Source of the DNA: Polymyxa betae A26-41
Taxonomy: Eukaryota > Protista > Endomyxa: Phytomyxea
Direction: 5' to 3'
Length of the DNA stretch: 45,922 bases
NCBI GenBank assembly: GCA_003693705.1
Contig: RBZT01000690.1
Coordinates: 1-45,922 of the forward strand
Shown: in pieces, positions 9,398 to 20,362 of the stretch
Layout: every line of letters begins with the position of its first letter
How positions within the stretch are numbered: position 1 is the stretch's first letter
Program-made: the position numbers and the translations under genes
Notes under the pieces: generated by a model
Seen by the model: the letters and a program-made list of their open reading frames with translations, nothing else
Databases searched by the model: none
Told to the model about the DNA's origin: nothing

Positions 9398-10890
9398 ATG
9401 TCCGGCGACGACCACGATGATGACGCTTTGAAACGGTCGCTGCTGAGGTTCGCTCGCCAGAGTTCTCTCCCCAGAAACTGATCTCGATAGTCATTGTGAG
9501 GACTGGCTGCAGCGCGGCTGCAACGACGCCCGCATTCAGGCGCATCCGACGAACGCCAATAAATGTGAATTTTCCACAGAAAAACAGAAACCCAATTCTT
9601 ACGCAAGCGTTTGCAGGCGTTCGCGTTCTCGATCGGCACCAGGTCGCCCTAGACGCCGCGCTATTCGACGATTACGTCCCGGACGTCGAGGTCGTGATCG
9701 CCAAGCCTCAGGCTGGCGACCAGCCATCACCTGCGCGACAATCCCCGACGATCCCGCCCGATATGTTCCTGATGGGGTCGGTACCACGATGGGCGCGCGA
9801 ACCACGGCGGCGCGTTGTGCGAGTCGTTCCAGCTGGCGAACGACGTCTGGGCCAGCAGATCGTCTACTATTGCCATGAATGCTTCCGCATTCCAGAGAAT
9901 GTCGCCCTGTGGATGGCGCTCTGGATGGGCCGCTGCCTCTCGCTGCCGGTCATCGCCATCATGACAATGGAGCCCAGCCCAGCTCGCGATCTCCGCGCCC
10001 ACATGGCGCCGCCGCATCAAGCACGGCGACTGCATTCACAGCGGACGATGCGCGACGCATTGCACGCCTGGGGCGTACCCGCCCTGCTGTTCCGGGCCAC
10101 CGACCCGATTGTCGTCCTGCGAGCGTGGACGGCTCGTCACCAGCCGCACGTGGTCATCGCCGACGAATTAGTCACGAATCGTTCGCGGCTGCAATTCGAC
10201 GCTTTCGCGAAGACGTCGCCGTTCTCGGTGTTCGCGTTCACTAACGATCTGGCCTGTTCGGGCTTGTTCGACCTCAACTCGGCGGGCCAGTTCGACGCCG
10301 ACGCCGTCCGCCAGCGGTTCCGCGACGACGTCGATAAGATTCTGTTTGAGATGGCGCCATCGAAAGTGCCTGCTGGCGACGTACAGGCTCCGTTGTTTGT
10401 GGCCGGGACGCGACGCGTTTATCTCGACGTCCGCGTCGTCAACCAGCTCGGCGTGCCAGACGCGGCGCCCCCCGGAACGTCGCCACAGCTGAGCGCAGCC
10501 GAGCTGATCGAGCTCGGGCTAGTATCACCTTTTCGCGCCGCGCATCTCGTTGACGATCACGTTCGGCGACAGCATGCAATCTGGATGGCGACACGGTTGG
10601 CGTCGCCACCAAATCTTCCCGGCGCCAATGACGGGGTATTGTCGATCGGTTATCAGGAGGTTTTGAAAGCGATGACGACGAACGCCGAATTCAACGCTGT
10701 GCAGGATCGGCTACGTTCGAAGAAGTTCTTAAAACCGGACGACAGACGGCGATGGGCGCGGCTGCTGTGCCAGCTGGTCCCGCATATGGTTGCGTTATCC
10801 TGGGCCTGTACAGTCCTCGAGTCGTACGCCGGTGCCATTCGCCGTCCGATCTTGGACTTCCAGCTATATCTTGATATGACATCGGACTAG
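9398..10890 (+). CDS. Divergent class II CPD photolyase-like protein (2 exons; intron ~9565-9616)
   Basis: RVVRVV..G..IVYY..ECFRIPENVAL...LSLPVIAI...ALHAWGVPALLFRATDP...VVIADE is colinear with the class II photolyase N-domain (RVRxL..GPVVYWMxRDQRxxDNWAL...PxxV...IPFxLLxGDP...VVTDF). LGLVSPFRAA resembles FGQISxQRA. TTNAEFNAVQ...RRRWARLL resembles THDPLWNAxQ...RMYWAKKI. Confidence 0.7.
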
Positions 10891-10988
10891 ATTGCGAGCG
10901 TAATGCTCGTAGCCGCTATTCCTTCTTATACTCACACTCCGTTATTTATGCTAACTAATATTTAATTTAATTGGAATCATAATTGTAC

Positions 10989-13172
10989 CTATTCAGGGTC
11001 GTAGAGTCCTACACGATGCAGCGCCTCGGCCGCATTCGCATAGGTGATTTCCAACGACCCGGTCGTATCAACCAGCTCAACACCTTCAGTTGATTCATTT
11101 GGCCCAACCCAGGATCGTGTCATCAGGTCGTACACGCTCCCTGAGCATCACTTAATCACACTTAACCTACCGACTATTGCCGTTCGGCTTACAATCGGCA
11201 TCAGAGGCGTCTCCGGTGCGTGATTCCAGGCGTCGTCGTGTCTCTGATTCGTTCCGACATCGACAGAGAAAAACGGCGAACAGGAAGCCTTCGTTTTTAG
11301 CGAGCTGCCGGAAACGTTCCAGCTGCCCCTCTAGGTTGAATGTGGCATCGACAATGACGGTTTTACCGGCCTTCAATCCTTGATAGGCGCGAACCGAAAT
11401 CATCTCGTAGACTTCGGCCTTGCTGCTTTTCGAATATGCGATAGGCTCTTGTGATAATTCTTTGCGAACCGTATCAGTTCGAAGAATTTCACATTGCTTG
11501 GCGATAAATTTCGATGCAAGAAAACGGGCAACGGTCGATTTTCCAGAGCCCGGCAATCCCGAAACTAATAAGAGTCTTTGGAAGGTTTAGAAAATAAATT
11601 TTGGAATGTTCCAAGGTTATATATACCCTGATCGCATGCTTGCTGGTAGTATTAACTGTCGAGCAATGTTCCAATGCTTATGTGAGCGGCATTTGGCAGA
11701 TTGACGAACCTCTGAAGGGCTGCTGGCATCAATAGCAGTGATACCGATGACCTTCGCACGAACAACGCTGCGATATGAAGCGTAGAATAACGCTAATGCC
11801 TGCATTACAATCAGGAAATCGAAACTCTAGCACACAAGAGATATTGCGAGAGCAAAAACAAATGGCAATGTGAAACGCACGATAATTGTTGTCTATTTAC
11901 CTTTACGTTTGCAGAAGGGCGATTGCCAGAAGCGTTCATGTAATAATCCAGAAGTGCATTAGGCAAGCGGAACATGCAAGTCTCAAAGAGAAGATCCATA
12001 TAAAGGAACGCAATGTCACATAGAGGATCCTCATATCTGAACCTACAAACAACACCGTCACTTCAAACTGCTCGAACAAAGCGAAAGTTAACCAAAGTTT
12101 TACGAATGCAACCTGACTTCACATGAAACAAAACTTATGTTGAATGGTTTTTTTTACCAAAACAGCTGACTGAGAAAAATCAAATAGTAAGTAAGCTATA
12201 CCGATCGTTGAATTCGATGCAGTCAATAATGTGAATATTTTCACCATTGCGATAAATGTGTTCGAGGCGCAGGTCGCCGTGCGAATCGCACGGGCAGTTC
12301 TGAGCGACGCGCTCGTCGATCAACGAACGAAGCTCCTCGAGGCGCTGCAACTATAAGACATGGACAGCAGGCACGTCCTCGACCTATCTTGCCTTTAGCT
12401 GTTGGCACTTCACCTGCTCATAGATCTCGGCCTCGATCAATCCTAAAAACGAGTTTCACGCAAGTGCTAGCAAAGACATCAGAAATCATCATACCGGATT
12501 TGACATGTTCTGAGGTTTGAGCGAAATTCTCCAACACATTGTAAGAGATGAGATCGTACGACCCGAATTTGGAAATTTCCAGGGACCTTTCTGCAATTTG
12601 GTTATGAAATACGGCAATGGTGTTAACGATTGGTTCGAGTTCTTCGCTTCTTATAGCACTGCAATACAAAGTTATTCTAGCAGTTTAGGATCAAAACGAG
12701 CGTGTTACGAACTTGTTACAAACTGCATTAAGAAGCGTATCTTCATCCGGAAGGCGAACCATTTTAACGGCGTACTCAACGAGTTCCATCCCTGCCAAAA
12801 CTTTGGATGGTTCCACCATGAATGAATCGCTGTGAGCTTGATAATAGATGGATGCGACTCCCAGATAGACAGATGGTGCTAATCGCTGGTTCAAGCGAAC
12901 TTCATTCTCACACATCAACTTTCGCTTCTTCAACGACGAATAATCAACGAATCCGAAGTTTACAGGTTTCTTCACTTTATATACGACTATTCAAACTTTA
13001 ACATACAGCACCTCATTGCCACTTGCTAGATACCGTCATCGAGAAGAAATACGATCGACATATGCGTCTCCCGAACATCGACGCGCCGATTGGCGTTGGC
13101 ATTAACATAGGCCGAGGCGTCGCGCATTGCATCCACAATCCTGGCGAAGCACCGGCTCTGCTCTCCCGCCAT
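10989..13172 (-). CDS. Bacterial-type bifunctional aminoglycoside-phosphotransferase-like kinase / P-loop (AAA_33, gluconate-kinase-like) protein, Rv2004c-like, about 8 introns
   Basis: Spliced motifs ETHMSIVFL, YKVKKPVNFGFVDYSSL..RK..CENEVRLNQRLAPSVYLGV, EYAVKMVRLP, HGDLRLEHI, DCIEFNDRFRYEDPLCDIAFLYMDL, FYASYRSVVRAKV, GLPGSGKST, VIVDATF, GDASDAD. Confidence 0.88.
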
Positions 13173-13655
13173 GAAAACGACGAAGATTTCCAAGAGAGGC
13201 AATGTTAAAATGAAGATTAGGCGAGGAGCGCAGCCTCGATGACTCGATGCCACAGGCAGAGTGGTAACGCAATCTTATCGCCTTTCAACTTTCAAGTTTC
13301 AAAGCGATGATTACAACAAGTTAAGTATTTATAGAAGTCCTACAGAGCTACCTACTGAAATGCAACAATGACGAAAATCCACTCCACTAGCTTTTCTCTA
13401 CGTCTACCTTCAAGAATTCGGGTGCTAAAATGTTAATAAGCCCGCCCCCCTAACTTTGCTGGCAGCGCAGGCCATAGGTTGATGCATGGTGTAAACCTGT
13501 TCGAATAACGAGGAGCGCAGACGATAGCTTCCTTGAGTCCCGCCTCGTAATCTCCAATCAGAAGCAAAAGAGAGGCAAGCAGAGAAAAATCATAGAGAGG
13601 ATGAATGAAACACGTTACAGGACGTGTCGTAGAAACCCCTAAACCCTACCGGTAG

Positions 13656-16330
13656 ATGACCATCAGTGGTACCAGTCACTCGATCTTTATGGCGGCCAGC
13701 TGACCGACGCCAGATGTGATGGTGTGCAGGCCTAATGACGACGACATCACAGCCCAATTGGAACGTGAGCTGCAAGCCTTGCAGGACGAGACGATTCTTT
13801 CGGATTTGGAGTCGGATAAATCGTCCGATAGCGATGACGACGCCGTCCTTATTGATGACGATTTTGATAAAAACGATTCGGATGAGGCTTTTCTCCGCCT
13901 GAAACGATGCATTGAAGAAAGTGGAAGCTTGGTCACTGACAGCATTCAAATCAACAATAGACGGGAAGAATGTGAAGCTTTGGAGATAAATAACGAAACT
14001 GTGAGAGAATCGATGCCAATTTCAGAAGATTCTCAAAAGAAAAATGAAACTCTGGGCATATCTGTGCCAAAAACTGACATTATTGAGGATTCGGTGACAA
14101 AAGCTGGATACGATCTGCTGGAAAATTCTTTCACAACGAATAAGACCTTAGTTGATTGCGAAGAAATTGTTCTGTCACAAGAAGGTGGCGGTGAAGCATT
14201 TCCCGTGGTTTCTGCATCTGAGCGAGATGAGCTCATCGACCCTGTTGACGAAGAATTTGAAATACAAATGCGCCAATTTGAAGAGCAGCGCAAACTGAAA
14301 TTACAAAACGAGAAGGCGAGACTTGCCGCGATAAAAGAAAGAAGAAAACAGCAGGAGGAACGCGAATCTGAATGCATGTTAATGGCCCTGGAGGACTATC
14401 TCGCTGCTCTTTGCGTCAAAAAAGAGCAACAAATGCGAGAAAAGGAACGACATCTGATGAAAATCGAAGACGAACGTGAACGATATGCGATAATGCAGCA
14501 CGAACATGAGCTGCAAAGAGCTCGCCGAGAATTGGAACTCATGATTACAGAAGACAACGCATCACGGCTCCAAAGAGACATGATTGCGGCTGAAATCGTA
14601 ACAGAACTGTTACAGATGAAGGCGGAAGATGAAGCATCTATTCAATACGCGAAATGGATCGCCGCTGAAATGCAACGAGAGCTGCAAACAATGCAAATCG
14701 AAGATCATGCGTCGAAGGCTCGCATTCGGAACGAACAAAAGGAGCAGCGTTTAAGGAAGCTGCCCAGGGCTGAGGCGGCCCTCCCCGCAAAGCGGGAACT
14801 CGTTCTTCAAACTAAAAAGGCGATCCAAATCCAAGACGATTTTGCAACCCAATGTGAAGGTTGGATACGAAAGCTACATCCGTTGCCATCGGTCAGCAAA
14901 GGCCAGAATGTTCGCGTCCTAACTGTGCCTGGGCAAGCTCTATCCAACATCTCCTGCATAGCTCGGCTGAGGCATCTGGAAAGATTAGACGTCAGCGGAA
15001 ACCCGCTCACCTCCCTCAATGCCGTCTGGTTATCGCCTCGCTTAATGACGTTGTCTGCTTCGTCCTGTGGTCTGAGCTCCATTGTTGGCGTCATCAACTG
15101 TCCAGTCATTCAATCGATTGATCTCTCTCGAAACCGTCTGTTGACGTTAACGATAGAGGCTGCCCCGTTTCTGCACACATTAATGCTGGAGAACAATCCC
15201 ATGTTGAACGCTCCTGTATTACGTTGGGCGCCGAAGTTGCCCGATCATTCGTCGCTGTTGAATATCGGAGGATGGAGAGGAAGAGCCTGGCAGAAACGTC
15301 TTCAGACTAATCCTAAATCTCTACAAGAAGCAGTATATCTTCTGTCAAAGCCCATAGCTTACCACTGGCGAAGGAACCCGGCCGAATGCATAAGAGATTG
15401 GTGGCGTAAATACAGCAAACGGCGAAAAACCAGAATGGCAACGAAAATCCAGAGACAATGGCGACGGTATTGTCGACGACGACAAGCGAGTCTTATCATT
15501 CAGCGCTGGTGGCGATCTTTAACAATCCGAAACAGAATACGACAAGTACGAAGACGATGGGTGGACGCTGACGACGATATTGAAAGGCTGAACGTTGATT
15601 TCTTCGACTTTATTCGTGGCGATTTACCCGAACTAAAGGAGACGTTCATCAATGCATCCGAGGTCCCACTTGACGCTGATGAGCATGAAGAAATCTGTCA
15701 CGATAAGCAAATTGGTGGAAATTGCTCGACACTCGCCGATCCGTCAGCAGAACAGCCTCAAACTCACAGAAAAATCGAAGAATTCACGGACATTCCCACC
15801 ATTAGCAAAGATGTTGGCGATCACGTCAAGCACGATCGAAATGACGCATCCGAATATCGCACGCGTTTCGTGATGCCGCTAAAATTGCCATTTTCTACGT
15901 ATGAAACGGGTTTGCAGCAAACCAATAGCGAATGCAGCCTAGCTACGGAACGATCCCTTTCTCTTGTCAGTACGACGGAACAGCAAGAGCACCAGAAAGA
16001 CAATGAGACCGGATGGAATTTCATTGTAAAAACCACTGGTGCATCTCTATCCATTCTCTGATCGAATGTTGCAGAATGAGGCTACAAGAAGAGCGTTTGA
16101 GCGAAAAGCCAAGCGTATGCGGAAATTAAAGGCAGAGAAAGCTCGGCGAGAAGCGAGCCCAATGCAACGGTAATATTGAACGGATAGAAAACGTTAAAAA
16201 AATTAACACTTCTGCATACAGAGTACAATATCTTCGTAAGTCGCTCAGGCAGAATCGGGTGAAAGGCGCCCCCGATGGAACGCTGAGCCGATACACTTTA
16301 CCTATACAACCTAGCCAATATGAATCATAA
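13656..16330 (+). CDS. Coiled-coil + leucine-rich repeat + IQ-motif protein (LRRIQ1-like, probably ciliary)
   Basis: LERLDVSGNPLTSL and IDLSRNRL LRRs; ATKIQRQWRRY and IIQRWWRS IQ motifs. Introns 13669-13713, 16026-16074 and 16170-16221 give the C-terminus GWNFINEATRRAFERKAKRMRK... Confidence 0.75.
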
Positions 16331-16691
16331 TCGCAGACCTGACGGGGTCCATCAGCCTGGTGTTGACATCACAGACTGACGACCCCAGAGACGGCGCCAA
16401 AAAGAAATGGCCACGATCATCGAGTGATCCTGACCGTGATAGACAGCAACGTTATAAGTGGGTGGCGCGACCCTGCGCAGCCACCTGCTGTCATCATCGA
16501 ACTTTGTCTTTCAAACTTCAAATCGCTTTGGCAACAGGAAGTTCAATCAGGGCGTCACGTCTCTCTAGAGAAGCACATCTTTCGCCAGCCACGCCCGCAC
16601 CAATAACAAATTGCTGCCGCCCGCTCCCGGATTGAGTTGGAGCTCGGATCGTCGTTTAGGCTGGCGACGATCGCGAACCAAGCCGCCTTGC

Positions 16692-19110
16692 ATGACATTG
16701 AGGAGGTCACAACGATCGGCTCCAGCCACTGTCGGTCAGATCGTGATCCTTCTCGATCGCTCTTCCGTTCCTGAAGAGCTGAGAGGCGTGACGGCTACAA
16801 TCCTAAGGGCTAGCCCTGACGGCTACTTCATGGTTGAATGCCAGCCTGAAGGCAGGTCGAAAGTCGTCTCTGTTGTCTATGGCGATGCATTCTTGCCAGA
16901 AACTATCACCGATAACGACTTCATCGAGGCATCGGATACGAAAGACTTGGCTGCAAACCGGACGATCTCAGCTCCCTCGTTTCGTCGTTTGAAAGACTCC
17001 TGGGTCGATACTCATTACTGCTTGATTGACAACGAGAGCCGTATTGATCTTTGCGTTAGCTGCTCCAGTGCTGGCACCAGCAACGACATGATCCTTTGCA
17101 ATGACTGTGGCGAAGCTTACCATTACTACTGCGTCGACATCCCACAAGAGAGCCTGAAACGAACGGACTGGACCTGCACGAATTGCATGATGTGCATCGT
17201 ATGCGGTTCCGCTCGCGATCCGCCTTCGTTGCTGCAATGCGATTATTGCTTCAACGGAACCCATCTAGGCTGCAACGAGCCAAAACTCGATCGGATTCCA
17301 GAATCGGGTTTCTTATGTCCACGCTGTACCGCGCTAGGTGTCAACGTCCCCAAGCAGGAGGATAATGATTGCTGTCCTTTATGCAAATCATCGGCGTTTG
17401 ATAACGATATGGTCCAATGCGATACGTGCGACCGATGGGTGCATAGTAACTGTGATGGTGGTAATTTATTCAGTGGCTGCGTCGATGTGTCATTGATACC
17501 GTAAATTAGATATCAGTTCTGCTCAATATAAGCAACTATCGGAAAACCCCAGCGCTTCGTATTTCTGTCCACTATGCCGAGCGCGCCCTCATTTGATTGA
17601 TAACGCCACCCTCTCCGTCCCAGGTTTGTAATTGTTTAGGTTGCATGAAGACGCCCTGAGTTCATGCTGGGGTAGAGATTTATGCACGAATTCGCGAACT
17701 TGTTCAGTTGACGCAAGAAAAAAGGCGACGCTCTAGGAGAAGGATGCTTTTGAATACTTCCAGACATCTGTCCAAGGTTGTAGTTTGTCCTTCTGTTCTG
17801 ATTTCTCTTAAAATTGTTGCAGAATAACAGTTACAAGAGGCATACTTCTTACAAGAGACCTTTTCCGTTAAACAATGAGACGCTCAATCTCCATGACAAT
17901 GTTGCTGATGACAAAACAGAGAGCAGCTGTGATTCAGCCAAGTGCTTCCTTCCGCTGGATATGCGGTCATGCGCTCTGTGTCATGTTGTTGGTGATGGAG
18001 AGGATCAAATTCAGTCTCGTTTAATCCCGATTGCTAAGGTAGCTAGCCTTCTTCTGTTGCAGTCGTTATTCTGATGGTGTCGCAGGGCCAATGGGGTCAT
18101 GCCAATTGCTTGATTTACAGTAACGAGACATTTGAAGCGCAGGATGGCTCCCTGGCCAAAGCAGATCGAGCAATATTGCGCGGCGCCAGAACGAAATGTG
18201 TTTACTGCAAAGAGTTCGGCGCCACCATCAATTGCTGTCAGGCTTTCTGCCTAAATGTCTACCACTTACCATGCACCTTGCTGTCAGCGTGTGTCCATTA
18301 TTATGCATTATATCCTGTTCTGATTGTTTGGTAGCTGTACTATCGACGTCAAGTCGAATAACATCTACTGTCCCGATCATAATAATGGCGTTCCTATCTC
18401 GAACCATTTGATGCGAACCGTTGATACCCTACGACATCGTATTGTTACTATGATGGTGCCAGGCGTGGTGTAATATTGCTTATATCGCTACCCATGCTCT
18501 GACGCTTATACGTGGCTCTCAGAGAAGATCACTTTGAGTCGAAGAACTGTTCAATACGAGTTGGTGCTCTGTCTATAACCCGATTAGACAATGATGGTCG
18601 GTTTCAGTGAAACCAATGTTAATACAGTTATTTGATCGATATTTTAGGTCTAGGATTCCGGTCGAATAGAATCTTCTGGTCGACTTTGAGGCCGATGGCG
18701 CGCACCGTTTATAACTTTGAAGTCATCATGAAGGGTGTTTGTCATGTTTATACGATCAGGGCACAGGATCGCCCAGAATTCCTCATTCAATCCACAGACC
18801 CGGTCCATGCATATAAAGGTAAACTCAGTTCGACTAATTTCACTGTTTAAACCTGCGCTGATTCAATCGCTTTCAGCTTTGGTTTCTGCGATTCCTGGGT
18901 TCACTGAAAGAAATTCTATTCGAGAGCACATCCCGAATGGCGAATACTCTGCATTTGGCCTTTGCGCGTCGATTTTCTTCGGATTCGGTATGGTTAAATT
19001 TTCAGTTAGGGTTTAAGTTTGATGATTTCATAGGGCATCCAATATTGTCTTCTGCATTGAGAGAGCGGATAAGCAACAATAACAGTAAAGCTATTTTTGC
19101 CGGAACGTAA
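16692..19110 (+). CDS. Trithorax/MLL-like chromatin reader: tandem PHD fingers, extended PHD (ePHD), FYRN/FYRC; no SET domain
   Basis: CVSC..MILCNDCGEAYHYYC, LLQCDYCFNGTHLGC, MVQCDTCDRWVHSNCD, DMRSCALC..RLIP..WGHANCLIYSNE..CVYCKEFGATINC..YHLPC, IRVGALSI, GFRSNRIFWST, FFGFGHP. Stop at 19108-19110. The start codon is uncertain. Confidence 0.8.
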
Positions 19111-19211
19111 CAAACAGTGCATATATAATCTAGATCACAATATATATATTTGTAATATGCAGATCAGAGTCTGACAAAAACTTTCGTCATGTTTAGCTTT
19201 GTTAACTATAA

Positions 19212-19977
19212 CTAACCCACAGTCTGCTTCAAAAATGTCTCCAGATGCTGCCGCTGGAACTTCACAAATTCTTTCTCTTCCTGTCGTTTTTTCTCAATAA
19301 CAGCCCTGCGCTCACTTTCCTGTTTCTCGATCGTCTCGTATGTGATTTTAAGATTGTCCAATTCGGTCTTCAGCGCCGCCTTTCTGGCCTCAGCAGCAGC
19401 GATTTTCTCAGCCAACGACCCTGTCCCAATCTCCGCCTGCAGCGACTTTCTGATCCCGAAAACGATACTGCTTTCATACAGCGTCTGATAAGCCGCAATC
19501 GTCATCTTGCTTTCATCACGGATCCTTAACAGCAGTAGGCCACGTTCAGGACACTCGATCGTCACCTGCCGAATTAATTCGTCGAATGTTTGAGCATACA
19601 GTTCTTCCCGAACGGGACAGATTCCAGTTTCTCGGGCCTGACGTAATTGCAATCGGTCGTCTAATGCGATCTGTAGCTTGATAACGTCTTCTCTACTGAC
19701 TGGCCGCAACGAGACGTGCTGAGTCGCGCCATTCACAACACGGATCGGTAGCATGGCATTCAGGATCTCACGAAGCTGCTGCGACTTGTTGGTCTTCGGT
19801 AAAGTTAGACTCTCGCCCGACTACAAATCATGCTCAGAATGCGTTTCGATTCCATGGGAAATCGGATCAACTAACCACGGGCTCGTACTGGATCAGTGCC
19901 TCAGAGATCGCATCGATGGGTTGTAAATCGGTTGAAATCGCAGCCTGCGGCTGAGCTGGGAGGATGTCCAGACTCAT
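19212..19977 (-). CDS. DNALI1: Axonemal inner-arm dynein light chain p28
   Basis: LDDRLQLRQARETGICPVREELYAQTFDELIRQVTIECPERGLLLLRIRDE..MTIAAYQTLYESSIVFGIRKSLQAE signature. One intron near 19822-19875. Confidence 0.95.
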
Positions 19978-20362
19978 CGATGGGCCGTTATTGATACTGA
20001 ACGATAATGGGTACCAGAATTGAACTCGAACCATTCGTCATAGTGCTAACTCGCCAGGGGTTCTGATTTCAGCAGAAAAGTTCCAATGACCTTCCGACAG
20101 GAATCTGCACGAATTATCGCCAGGTGCTATAAGCTTCGTCCATAATTTTAGTTTAACAATCTGAGCATGCAGTGAGATGGATCGATTGACGTTGCAATTA
20201 CTCTCGATGCAACGATGGAAGCCTAAATTGTTTCTCCAAAAAGAATTAGAATTGAGTTAAGCTTCGGATTGGTTCAGTGAAACCGCCATGGCTATTTCCG
20301 TAGCGATAAATGAAAAAAAGATGTGACTGACAGCAACAGATTGGAAAGTCGTATTGGTGAAC

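Noticed and set aside
20185-20310. RFX X-box in the DNALI1 divergent promoter (GTTGCA..TGCAAC, GCCATGGC)
   Set aside because: Spacing and sequence do not fit the X-box consensus, and RFX control is not established for this kind of lineage.
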